The notes beneath the pieces were generated by a model. It saw only the letters and a program-made list of their open reading frames with translations, was not told the DNA's origin and made no database searches. Made by a program: the position numbers and the translations under genes. A stretch of DNA of 64,000 nt from Clostridiales bacterium (lineage in GTDB: Bacteria > Bacillota > Clostridia > Oscillospirales > CAG-272). The stretch's first letter is position 1; each line of letters opens with the position of its first letter. Below are positions 28,669 through 37,821 of this stretch, piece after piece. Location: NCBI GenBank assembly GCA_012800735.1, contig JAAZIU010000039.1:7469-71468 (forward strand), written 5' to 3'.

Positions 28669-29436
28669 ATGAAGAAATATATACTTGAAGCTCACCGCGG
28701 AGTTGCGCTGCATTATCCGGAAAATACGATGTCGGCTTTTCGCGCCGCATCTGAGCTCGGATACGGAATGATTGAACTTGACACAAAGTTCACGGCAGAC
28801 GATGTCTGCGTAATCCTGCACGACCGGACGGTCAACCGCACCGGCCGCCTCCCTGACGGCAGTGTAATAAAGGAAGAAACGCCTATTAACTCTCTTACAT
28901 TCGACGAAGCTCAAAAATTTGATTACGGCATATTTCTGAATGAGAAATTCCGGGGAGAACCGCTGCCGCGCCTCGAAGAGGTACTCAAGTTCGCTCTTGA
29001 AGCGAAAATACCCCTTAAATTCGACAATGTCCTCTTTTCACATACTCCGGCTCAACGAAAACAGTTTTTCGATACCGTCGTGCGGTTTGGAATGGGCGAA
29101 CTCGCGCAAATCACCTGCGCATCCCTTGAAACGGTGAATGAAACGCTTGAACACATCCCCGACGCGCAAATCCATTACGACGGCGTAGCCGAGGACACCG
29201 CCCTCGAGGCGCTTGCCGCTATTCTCCCGCCGCAGCGGCTGACCGTCTGGGTGAGATTTGACAATAATCATACAAGCTGGAACAAAAATCCTCCCGTCAG
29301 TCAAACACTCGCCGCAAAGGTGAAAAAAGTCGGCAAATTAGGCGTCTGGATTTTGACAGAGGAATCCGAGCGGCAGCGCGCCCTCGACGAATTCGGAGCC
29401 GATATAATAGAAACCGACGGCTCGCTTCTTCCGTAA
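28669..29436 (+). CDS. glycerophosphodiester phosphodiesterase family protein
   Basis: EAHRGVALHYPENTMSAFRAA, IELDTKFT and ILHDRT motifs. Confidence 0.8.
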   Translation: MKKYILEAHRGVALHYPENTMSAFRAASELGYGMIELDTKFTADDVCVILHDRTVNRTGRLPDGSVIKEETPINSLTFDEAQKFDYGIFLNEKFRGEPLPRLEEVLKFALEAKIPLKFDNVLFSHTPAQRKQFFDTVVRFGMGELAQITCASLETVNETLEHIPDAQIHYDGVAEDTALEALAAILPPQRLTVWVRFDNNHTSWNKNPPVSQTLAAKVKKVGKLGVWILTEESERQRALDEFGADIIETDGSLLP

Positions 29437-29480
29437 AAGCGTAAAAACCGTAATTCAGTATAAAAAATCAAGGAGCCGCC

Positions 29481-30695
29481 ATGACTTTACTCGAACGATT
29501 CATAGAATATGTAAAAATCCCGACATCGAGCGATTTCGCATCGAATTCAATGCCGACCACCGAAAAACAGTTCGTTTTAGCCGATAAGCTTGCCTCTGAG
29601 CTGCGCGAAATGGGAGTTGTCGATGCGCATAGAGACGATATGTGCTATGTTTACGCCCATCTCCCCGCGACACCGGGATACGAAGACAAAAAGCGGATAG
29701 GCTTTATCGCCCATCTCGACACATCGCCCGACTATCCCGATTCTCCCGTTAATCCTCAGATTCACGAAGATTACGACGGCGAAGATGTAATTTTAGGCCA
29801 CGGCAGGACGCTGAGTGTCAAGGATTTCCCGCATCTGAAATCGCTTAAGGGTAGAACCCTTATAACTACCGACGGCAGCACCCTTTTGGGCGCCGATGAC
29901 AAAGCCGGCATCGCGGAAATAATGCATACTATACAGCGTATTATCAAAGAAGACATCCCTCACGGTTCCGTCTCGATCGCTTTCACTCCGGATGAGGAAT
30001 GCGGAACTTCGGCGGATAACTTTGATATCGAAAAATTCGGCGCGGAGCTTGCTTATACCGTCGACGGCGGAAGCGAGGGAGAGATAGTTTACGAAAACTT
30101 CAACGCCGCCTCCGCCTCGTTTGAGATAAACGGCTACAACATCCACCCCGGAGCCGCGAAGAACCGCATGATCAACGCTGCTCTCGTAGCGATGGAGATT
30201 AACGCTATGCTCCCCGCAGGCGATACCCCGCGGGGAACGGAAGGCTATGAAGGTTTCTTCCATCTTACCGACATGAAAGGCAATGTCGAAAGCGCGGCGC
30301 TCAATTATCTCATCCGCGACCACAGCGCTCATAACTTCGACTTCCGAAAAGAAACGCTCAGTCACATAGAAAAGCTGATAAACGAAAAATACGGCGAAGG
30401 CACGGCGATTCTTACAATAAAAGACTCATATCGGAACATGGAAGAGATGATCCGTCCGGTCTTTGAAGTAGTCGAAAACGCCAAAAAAGCCATTGTCATG
30501 ACAGGTCTTGAGCCGATACACAGCCCCGTCCGCGGCGGTACCGACGGCGCCCGCCTCTCTTTCATGGGACTGCCGACCCCGAACTTAGGAACCGGCGGTT
30601 ATGCATTCCACGGTCCGTATGAACACATAACCGTCGAAGGAATGGAACTTGCAGCGCAGATAGTTCTCAACATCATCCGCATATACGCCGAATAA
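29481..30695 (+). CDS. pepT: peptidase T (tripeptide aminopeptidase, M20B)
   Basis: LLERFIEYVKIPTSS, HLDTSPD, GADDKAGIAEIM and RGGTDGARLS motifs. 404 aa. Confidence 0.9.
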   Translation: MTLLERFIEYVKIPTSSDFASNSMPTTEKQFVLADKLASELREMGVVDAHRDDMCYVYAHLPATPGYEDKKRIGFIAHLDTSPDYPDSPVNPQIHEDYDGEDVILGHGRTLSVKDFPHLKSLKGRTLITTDGSTLLGADDKAGIAEIMHTIQRIIKEDIPHGSVSIAFTPDEECGTSADNFDIEKFGAELAYTVDGGSEGEIVYENFNAASASFEINGYNIHPGAAKNRMINAALVAMEINAMLPAGDTPRGTEGYEGFFHLTDMKGNVESAALNYLIRDHSAHNFDFRKETLSHIEKLINEKYGEGTAILTIKDSYRNMEEMIRPVFEVVENAKKAIVMTGLEPIHSPVRGGTDGARLSFMGLPTPNLGTGGYAFHGPYEHITVEGMELAAQIVLNIIRIYAE

Positions 30696-30828
30696 AAAGC
30701 ATAACCACCAAAACGAGGCGGAAATGATAGGCAGCATTGTTACCGTAAAGATAGACAGACCGTCGGGAAGCCGTCATCCGCCGCTATTTTACAAAGCATT
30801 TTGTTTGATTTACATGCTGATTTGTATG

Positions 30829-30857
30829 TTGACAAACGTAAAAACTTCTATTATAAT
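30829..30857 (+). promoter_or_regulatory. sigma-70-type promoter of the ABC exporter cassette
   Basis: TTGACA (30829-30834), 17-nt spacer, TATAAT (30852-30857). Confidence 0.55.
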
Positions 30858-30922
30858 TGGATTGGCCATCGAATACATTTAGTCTTATTATGCGGTGTTT
30901 CTGACAATTTTTGGAGGGTGCC

Positions 30923-32760
30923 ATGAAAGTTAAAAAGTCCATAATTATTAATGCGGTCCATTCTTTTAAAACAAATGTCAATTCCGTAAAATATATGTTT
31001 AAGCATATATTTAAATATAAAGAAGGAAAGAACTATTTATTTTTGAAAGCATTGGCAGCAGTATTGTCGCCAATGTTTTCAATGGCATTGATTATTTTTC
31101 CCGGTTTGCTGATCAATGAACTTTCCGGAGAACAGAGAATGCCTGTAGTTCTGTTGTATATAGGGATGATTGCAGGCATTCTTTTTTGCAAAATGTGACA
31201 TTTTCGTCATTGAATGTATATCTGCTTAAGATGCGAAACAGTTTTCTCTTAAAAGTAAATGCAGATTTCATTTCTCATTGCGCTGATATGGACTTGGAAA
31301 CAATGGAAAACCCTGACCTTCAGGATTTAAAGGAAAGAGCGCATGACACAATAACGGACAGCCTGACTGTATTTGATTATTTCAGCGGAATGATATCGGC
31401 AGCTCTGAGTGTGCTTATGTGCATTACCGTGATTGCTTTTGTTAATCCATTAATTATACTGCTGGTGACCTTTGTTGTTATTGTAAACTACTGCATAAAC
31501 AAGCGCTTAAAGCTGAAGCAGCATGCAATAAACAACGAGATTATGAAATATAATCGGTACGGGTGGCCAATTGTGAACTATTTTTATGACATAAGATATG
31601 CAAAAGAAATCAGGCTGTTTAATCTCAAGGATTTTTTCTTAAATATTTATTCGAGTAAGCGCTCGGAAGTGAATAAATTAGGAACAGACAGTGCGGTCTG
31701 CACAAGAAATGTCTCGATTATATTGGCTGCGGTTTCACTGCTTCAAACGAGTTTTCTCTACGGATATTTTATTTACGAGGTGATTTTCGGAGAAATGACA
31801 GTTGGTGAAATGACAATTTGTATCGGGGCTGTGCTGAGGTTTTCCGAATCTCTTTCTAATGTTTCTGAACAATACCTTAACCTTACCGCATTAAGTCTCC
31901 GAGTCCGTGACCTCATCCAATTTATGGAACTCCCATGTAAAAACCAAAATGCAGGAAACATAGTGCCGGTATTTGACAAAGACTCTGTTATAGAGTTTAA
32001 AAATGTGTCATTTCGATACCCGGGGAATGAAAGATTTGTTATACGCAATTTGAATCTCACTTTGCGCGGGAAAGAAAAATTATGTATAGTCGGAGAAAAT
32101 GGTTCCGGAAAAAGCACATTTGTTAAGCTGCTTACCAGGCTGTATATACCTGACGAGGGTGAGATTTTGCTTAATGGAATCAATATCAACAAATATGATT
32201 TTCGCTTGTACATGAGGCTATTTGCGGTTGCTTTTCAAGATTATGCATTATATAACATAACATTCAAAGAAAATATTGTCATGTCTGAGGAATACAGCGC
32301 AGACTCCTTAAACAGAGTAGTGAAGCAGAGCGGATTGTCAAAATTAGTTGAGAATAATGCAAAAGGCTATGACACTGTAATCTTCAAATGGTATGATGAA
32401 GAAGGCATTGAGCCGTCCGGAGGAGAAAGGCAGCGCATCGCGATAGCCAGAGCGCTTTATCGCAGCGGCAGTATTTATATTTTGGATGAGCCCACAGCTG
32501 CGCTCGACCCTAATGCCGAATATGAACTGTATACTCAGTTCCACAACATGATTCAGGACAAAGCCGCTGTTTTGATTACCCATCGCTTGTCCGCTGTCAA
32601 ACTTGCTGACAAGGTTGCGGTTTTTTCCGATGGACAGGTAGTCGAATATGGAACTCATGAGGAACTTTATGCCAAAGGGGGAATATATAAAGAAATGTTC
32701 GATAAGCAGTCGGAATTCTATGTCAAAGCTGCAAGTGAATCAAATGAAACTGAAGGGTGA
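30923..32760 (+). pseudogene. ABC exporter (fused permease/ATPase, MsbA-like) interrupted by a frameshift in a T6 tract
   Basis: ORFs 30911..31198 and 31186..32760 are the N- and C-terminal parts of one exporter. Walker A GENGSGKST, signature SGGERQRIA, Walker B IYILDEPT. The frames differ by one base at TTTTTT 31182-31187. Confidence 0.7.
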
Positions 32761-32818
32761 GTAAATATTTATCCGGTTCTTTTGATTTTTTTTCGCAGAT
32801 AAGGCGAAAATTTTTCAC

Positions 32819-32847
32819 TTGACAACAAGCCCTTATTGTGGTATAAT
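32819..32847 (+). promoter_or_regulatory. consensus sigma-70 promoter of tRNA-Ser
   Basis: TTGACA, 17-nt spacer, TGTGGTATAAT. Confidence 0.65.
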
Positions 32848-32894
32848 ACTACTGTTGCAAATTAAGCAACTTGATTTGCAATATAATTGAATAC

Positions 32895-32985
32895 GGAGAA
32901 GTCGCCTAGTTGGTCGAGGGCGCGCGACTGGAAATCGCGTAGGCCGTAAAAGGCCTCTAGAGTTCGAATCTCTACTTCTCCGCCA
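32895..32985 (+). tRNA. tRNA-Ser (anticodon GGA), encoded CCA
   Basis: Acceptor GGAGAAG/CTTCTCC. Anticodon arm CGCGA-CTGGAAA-TCGCG. Long variable arm AGGCC-GTAAAA-GGCCT. T-loop TTCGAAT. Confidence 0.9.
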
Positions 32986-32994
32986 ACAAACAAA

Positions 32995-33037
32995 ACAGCC
33001 GTTTGTATAGTTTAATGTACCTGCGGCTGTCTTTTTT
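32995..33037 (+). terminator. intrinsic terminator after tRNA-Ser
   Basis: ACAGCCG / CGGCTGT stem followed by CTTTTTT. Confidence 0.6.
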
Positions 33038-33113
33038 CATTTTTAGTAAAATAATCTTTCCCCGCAGTCTGATTTCAGCTTAGATTGTGGGGATATTTCT
33101 TTTATAAAAACAG

Positions 33114-33142
33114 TTGACATCGAAAGAAAAAAGTGATATAAT
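33114..33142 (+). promoter_or_regulatory. sigma-70-type promoter of the feo operon
   Basis: TTGACA (33114-33119), 17-nt spacer, TGaTATAAT (33134-33142). Confidence 0.6.
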
Positions 33143-33257
33143 AATAAAAAGTTAGAAAAGACTAACAAAAGGTATATAATGCTAACAGCAATCCCCGTTT
33201 TAACTAGTCTGTCATCAATTTAAAACTAAAATATCAAGATACGAGGGAGGACAAAAA

Positions 33258-33485
33258 GTGGTTTCACTTGACAAGGTAAATGCCGGTCAAAAAGTCGTCG
33301 TCGCAGAAATAAAGGGCGATACTCGATTTCAAAACCGGATAACATCTATCGGACTTACTTTAGGCTGTGAGATTGAGATGCTGTATAACGAAAAAAAGTT
33401 ACCTTTGCTTTTCTACGGTCGAGATACGGTAGTTGCTTTGAACCGTAAAGAAGGGAAGGATGTATTTGTGGAGGTTATGTCATGA
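33258..33485 (+). CDS. feoA: FeoA family iron transport protein
   Basis: 75 aa. GTG start 7 nt after GGGAGG. SH3-like FeoA pattern. Overlaps the feoB start by 4 nt. Confidence 0.75.
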   Translation: MVSLDKVNAGQKVVVAEIKGDTRFQNRITSIGLTLGCEIEMLYNEKKLPLLFYGRDTVVALNRKEGKDVFVEVMS

Positions 33486-35521
33486 GCGCAACAATTACGG
33501 GTAATCCGACAATCGCTCTTTTGGGACAGCCAAACTCCGGAAAATCCACCTTGTTTAATGGGTTAACCGGCGCGCGTCAGCGTGTCGGAAACTGGCCGGG
33601 AAAAACAGTTGAAAAAAAGGAAGGCTACTATGACAAAGACGGAATACGCTACCGTGTTACCGACTTGCCCGGCACATACAGTCTCTCTGCAAATTCGGAA
33701 GAAGAAATAATCACAAGAGACTATATCGCCTCCGGTAAAGCAGATGTCGTCTGTATTCTTGTCGACTCTTCCCAGTTGTCCAGAAGTCTTTTCATGCTGG
33801 CTGATTATGCCGGCATTCAATGCCCGGCGGTGCTGATTTTAAACCTCATGGATGTTGCCGAGGCTCAGGGGAAAGATATCGATGCGGCTAAACTCGAAGA
33901 AAAATTAGGAATCCCGACAATTCCTTTTGTAGCCGCCGATCGCAAAAAATATGACGGTTTCTTTGAAGCCGTTGACCGTGCTTTAAATGAAAAGAAACTA
34001 TTAAACATTGATTCCTTAACCGAAAAGTATCACGCCATTGAAAACGATATATATGGAAAACTCCTCGGTTTAATGCCGCAGAAAGGAATAGATAACTACT
34101 CCGCCCCCTGGCTTGCAACAAAACTTATTGAAGGCGACGCGGCTATTGTAGAAAAGACGCAAAACACTTTGCCGGCAGATGTGTATCGGGAAGTAGAAAA
34201 AGTCCTGTCTTCCGTTGAAAACGGTGCATTATATACCGGCGGCTGTAAATTCAAATGGATCGATGAATTGCTTCACGACGCGCTCGTCCAAAAGCAGAGA
34301 AAACCGCTTCTGTCTAAATTTGATAAGCTTGCAACCCATAAAATATGGGGAAAACCGCTTGCTGTGTTTATTATCCTTTTGGGACTCGTCGCATCTTTTA
34401 TTCCCGCAACGCCGATTATGCTGTTCGCTGGGGTGATTCCGAAATTAGGCGGTCCCGTTGCCGAAGTTTTGAGCGCAATCAGCGCCCCGCAGATGCTGAT
34501 TGATTTGATAAATCAAGTCATATTAAATACTTTATATGCCGCAGTTGCGATGATCGGCTTTGTTTTCGGCGTCAATCTTATATTCGGATTTTTGGAAGAA
34601 ATCGGATATATGGCTCGAGTTTCGTATGTCTTTGACGGAACTATGGCAAAACTCGGGCTGCAAGGTAAAGCGGTTATGCCTATACTCGTCAGCTTCGGCT
34701 GCACAATAGGCGGCGCCGCCGGTACCCGCGTCATTGATTCCTGGGGACAAAGAGTTCTTACTATTGCTTTGGCATGGGTTGTCCCCTGCGCCGCCACCTG
34801 GGCTATTGTGCCGTTTCTTTCATCTGTTTTCTTTGGAGCATGGGCTCCGTTGATAATTGTCGCTATCTTTATCGTTGCCGGCATTCATATGCTGATAACA
34901 GCTAAAATATTCGGTTCAAAACTGATTCGGGAAGAAGATCGCGCAGGCTTGATTATGGAATTGCCACCTTATCACAAGCCGAGATGGAAAGCGCTTTTCC
35001 GCTCGATTTTCGTCCGTACATGGGATATTTTATCCAGAGCGATTAGGGTTATCTTTATAGTTTCCTTAATATTTTGGCTTTTGACATATAGCGCTTCCGG
35101 CAGTCCGGATAAAACTCTTTTGTATCGTTTTGGCAGAGCCATTGAACCCGCAACTATGATATTCGGTCTTACATGGCAGACATTTATCGCCTATCTTGCT
35201 TCCATGGTAAGCAAGGAAGCTGCTTTAGGCGTATTAGGTTCATTGTATTTGGGCGCCGGAACCTTGTTCTCGGCAACAACCGGTTCCGGAGGACAAATAG
35301 CAGCCGGTTTAGGAAATATATTGACCGCATCACTTACACCTCCGGCCGCTTTAGCGTTTATTTTTGCAGTTACTTTCAATGCTCCTTGTCTCATGGCGAT
35401 TACGTCTACTTATCAGGAAACACGCTCTTTGAAGTGGACCTTAAGTATATTGGGATATTATTTCGGAACCTCACTGATTTTTGCTTTCTTGGCTTACCGA
35501 ATCAGCGGATTATTTATTTAA
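33482..35521 (+). CDS. feoB: ferrous iron transporter B
   Basis: N-terminal G-domain ALLGQPNSGKSTLFN and DLPGTYS. Multi-TM C-terminal domain. 679 aa. Confidence 0.9.
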   Translation: MSATITGNPTIALLGQPNSGKSTLFNGLTGARQRVGNWPGKTVEKKEGYYDKDGIRYRVTDLPGTYSLSANSEEEIITRDYIASGKADVVCILVDSSQLSRSLFMLADYAGIQCPAVLILNLMDVAEAQGKDIDAAKLEEKLGIPTIPFVAADRKKYDGFFEAVDRALNEKKLLNIDSLTEKYHAIENDIYGKLLGLMPQKGIDNYSAPWLATKLIEGDAAIVEKTQNTLPADVYREVEKVLSSVENGALYTGGCKFKWIDELLHDALVQKQRKPLLSKFDKLATHKIWGKPLAVFIILLGLVASFIPATPIMLFAGVIPKLGGPVAEVLSAISAPQMLIDLINQVILNTLYAAVAMIGFVFGVNLIFGFLEEIGYMARVSYVFDGTMAKLGLQGKAVMPILVSFGCTIGGAAGTRVIDSWGQRVLTIALAWVVPCAATWAIVPFLSSVFFGAWAPLIIVAIFIVAGIHMLITAKIFGSKLIREEDRAGLIMELPPYHKPRWKALFRSIFVRTWDILSRAIRVIFIVSLIFWLLTYSASGSPDKTLLYRFGRAIEPATMIFGLTWQTFIAYLASMVSKEAALGVLGSLYLGAGTLFSATTGSGGQIAAGLGNILTASLTPPAALAFIFAVTFNAPCLMAITSTYQETRSLKWTLSILGYYFGTSLIFAFLAYRISGLFI

Positions 35522-35538
35522 AGCAGAATTGATGAAAG

Positions 35539-35808
35539 ATGTTTGAAAAATTAATACGCTTAATGAGCGAAGGGAAAACATATACCCAAAACGAATTAGC
35601 GAAAGAATTGAATATTTCTGTTGAAACAGCTCAATGCTTTATCGAGTATCTCACCGAAAGAGGACTGCTTTCAAAAGTCGAATATTATTCTGACAAATCA
35701 TCGTGTTTGAGCGGCAGCAATCAATGTGAAAAATGCAAAAGGTGCGCTAAAAGAACGTCCTTTGAAAATAAGCCGATACTCTTCGAGTTAAAAAAGAAAA
35801 ACCTCTGA
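35539..35808 (+). CDS. FeoC-like winged-helix protein with Cys-rich tail
   Basis: 89 aa. HTH-like NELAKELNISVETAQCFIEYL. The CLSGSNQCEKCKRC cluster resembles the FeoC CLSGSC..C motif (from memory). Confidence 0.55.
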   Translation: MFEKLIRLMSEGKTYTQNELAKELNISVETAQCFIEYLTERGLLSKVEYYSDKSSCLSGSNQCEKCKRCAKRTSFENKPILFELKKKNL

Positions 35809-35891
35809 AGAGACTCATCAACAAGTTGAGGCAAGGTTTCGAAAAGCTGAATTCATATTATTTGAACCTGAAGTTTGTAATATCTTTTATG

Positions 35892-35935
35892 CCGGCATGT
35901 ATACATTGCATTATACATGCCGGTTTTATTGTTTT
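35892..35935 (+). terminator. intrinsic terminator of the feo operon
   Basis: Perfect 12-bp stem CCGGCATGTATA / TATACATGCCGG followed by TTTTATTGTTTT. Confidence 0.8.
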
Positions 35936-36003
35936 CCCGTGAGCCGTGATTTGGATTTCTATACCGATATTTGTGAATAAATATGCAAATTTCAAATAAA
36001 CGC

Positions 36004-36032
36004 TTGAACTGGCAAAAGATAGGTGATATAAT
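36004..36032 (+). promoter_or_regulatory. sigma-70-type promoter
   Basis: TTGAAC (36004-36009), 17-nt spacer, TGaTATAAT (36024-36032). Confidence 0.55.
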
Positions 36033-36072
36033 AATTCTGTAAAAATGTTTCTGCATTACGGAGGCAAATAAA

Positions 36073-37524
36073 ATGAAATTGTTAAAGATTATATCAGTAT
36101 TTCTGCTTGCGGCGATGCTCGCAACATTTATCGGATGCGGCGACAAATCCGCCCCCGCAGGAACCGACCCGTCCGGAGCCGATCCGGAGAATACGGCGGC
36201 CGAAGAAACCATAGCCGAGACATACGCTGTCGACACGATAGAAAAAGCCGATTTCGAAGGCCGCGAATTCAAGATCATTTCAACCAATCAGGACCAGCGT
36301 CAAGTCGACGTAGTTGCCGAAGAGGAAAACGGCGCTATTCTGAACGATCTCGTTTTCCGGAGAAATCAGAAGCTCGAAGAACTATTCAACGTTAAAATAA
36401 CAACGGCTGACAAAGACTACGGCAGTATCAACTCAATGGTTCAAAAAGCGGCTCAGGCAGGAGACAACCCTTATGACCTCTATATGACCAACGCCACCGC
36501 GGCAGGCCTTGCGTCCAGCGGCTATCTCACCGCATGGAACACCATCGGCGCTATGGATATAACAAAGCCGTGGTGGGACCAAGCGGCGATTTCCGATATG
36601 TCGATCGCGGGCAACTCATATCTGGTTACCGGAGACATCTCTCCCACCGGCATGCTCACATCCGAGTGCATTCTTTTCAACAAAAGGCTCTTTGATGCGA
36701 GAAGCATCCCTTATCAGTATGAAAAAGCTTTTGACGGAGCCTGGACAATCGACGAAATGATCAACCTGACTAAAGATCTTACCGAAGACATCGACGGCGA
36801 CGGCAAACTGAGCGACAAGACCGACCTCTACAGCTTCACTCTTTGGTGCGACGCCGGAACTGCGCTGTTTTACGGTCAGGGTGGCACTTTCTCGAAAAAA
36901 GAGGAAGGGGATATCCCGGCGATAGATTTCAATGTGGACGCCATTTCTTCAAGATACGATAAGATATATCAGCTTGTCATCGACAACGCCGCCAACTACT
37001 CCAAATCCGATCATGAAATGTCCTTCAAAGTCTTCAATCAAGGACGCGCTTATTTCTGTGATATCACTTTCCAGAAAGTTGAGATGTTCCTGCGCGATAT
37101 GGAAGACGATTACGGAGTTCTGCCGCTGCCCAAATACGACGAGGCGCAGCAGCGGTATCAGACAAATGTCTCCGGCGCCGGAACGATGGTGGTTCTGCCG
37201 GTAAGCGTTTCCGATATCGATGTCGTCGGCAGACTTATCGACGCATACGCGGCTATCGCATATGACGACATTACCCCGTCTCTGTTCGATGTAATCGCCT
37301 CGGTTAAGAACACAAGAGACGAGGAATCGATAAGAATGGTTCAGCTGATAATCAGAAACCGTGTCTTTGATCCGGTCCGCATGTATTATATTGCCGGTCA
37401 TAACTCGGTTGACGATCTGCTCGCAAAACCCTCGCCGGATATAGCTTCTACCCTTGCAAAATATCAGGACAAAGCCGTAGCGGAGCTTCAGAAAATCGTA
37501 GATGCCGTAACCGCGAACAACTGA
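36073..37524 (+). CDS. SBP-like lipoprotein, paralog 6 of 6
   Basis: Lipobox FIGC. Motifs LNDLVFRRNQKLEELFN, TKPWWD, DGAWTIDE, DIDGDGKLSDKTDLYS, MEDDYGVLPLPKYDEAQQRY, NTRDEESIRMVQLI. Confidence 0.7.
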   Translation: MKLLKIISVFLLAAMLATFIGCGDKSAPAGTDPSGADPENTAAEETIAETYAVDTIEKADFEGREFKIISTNQDQRQVDVVAEEENGAILNDLVFRRNQKLEELFNVKITTADKDYGSINSMVQKAAQAGDNPYDLYMTNATAAGLASSGYLTAWNTIGAMDITKPWWDQAAISDMSIAGNSYLVTGDISPTGMLTSECILFNKRLFDARSIPYQYEKAFDGAWTIDEMINLTKDLTEDIDGDGKLSDKTDLYSFTLWCDAGTALFYGQGGTFSKKEEGDIPAIDFNVDAISSRYDKIYQLVIDNAANYSKSDHEMSFKVFNQGRAYFCDITFQKVEMFLRDMEDDYGVLPLPKYDEAQQRYQTNVSGAGTMVVLPVSVSDIDVVGRLIDAYAAIAYDDITPSLFDVIASVKNTRDEESIRMVQLIIRNRVFDPVRMYYIAGHNSVDDLLAKPSPDIASTLAKYQDKAVAELQKIVDAVTANN

Positions 37525-37608
37525 TTTTAACAAAAACAGAGATATTCGGTAAAATCTACCCCCGAATAACCTGAAATCCTTACCGATTCGTAAAAATTCA
37601 AAAACATC

Positions 37609-37637
37609 TTGCATAGCGGACATATTTGTGGTATAAT
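37609..37637 (+). promoter_or_regulatory. sigma-70 promoter of tRNA-Arg
   Basis: TTGCAT, 17-nt spacer, TGTGGTATAAT. Confidence 0.6.
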
Positions 37638-37654
37638 AATATGTCCGCATTTTT

Positions 37655-37731
37655 GTTCCCGTAGCTCAGCAGGATAGAGCGACCGCCTCCTAAGCGGTAG
37701 GTCGACGGTTCGAATCCGCCCGGGAACGCCA
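37655..37731 (+). tRNA. tRNA-Arg (anticodon CCT), encoded CCA
   Basis: Acceptor GTTCCCG/CGGGAAC. Anticodon arm ACCGC-CTCCTAA-GCGGT. T-loop TTCGAAT. Confidence 0.85.
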
Positions 37732-37745
37732 TAGCTCAGCTTGAT

Positions 37746-37778
37746 GCGGTTTGCGCATAAAAAGCAAGCCGCTTTTTT
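37746..37778 (+). terminator. intrinsic terminator after tRNA-Arg
   Basis: GCGGTTTGC / GCAAGCCGC 9-bp stem (one G-U pair) followed by TTTTTT. Confidence 0.7.
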
Positions 37779-37821
37779 GATTATAAACAGGATAGGGACG
37801 TAAGTCCGACATATAAATAAA

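Noticed and set aside
35853-36287. 144-aa minus-strand ORF spanning the feo terminator and the promoter and start of SBP paralog 6
   Set aside because: It overlaps a strong terminator, a promoter and the signal-peptide region of a confident gene. Its composition is low-complexity.
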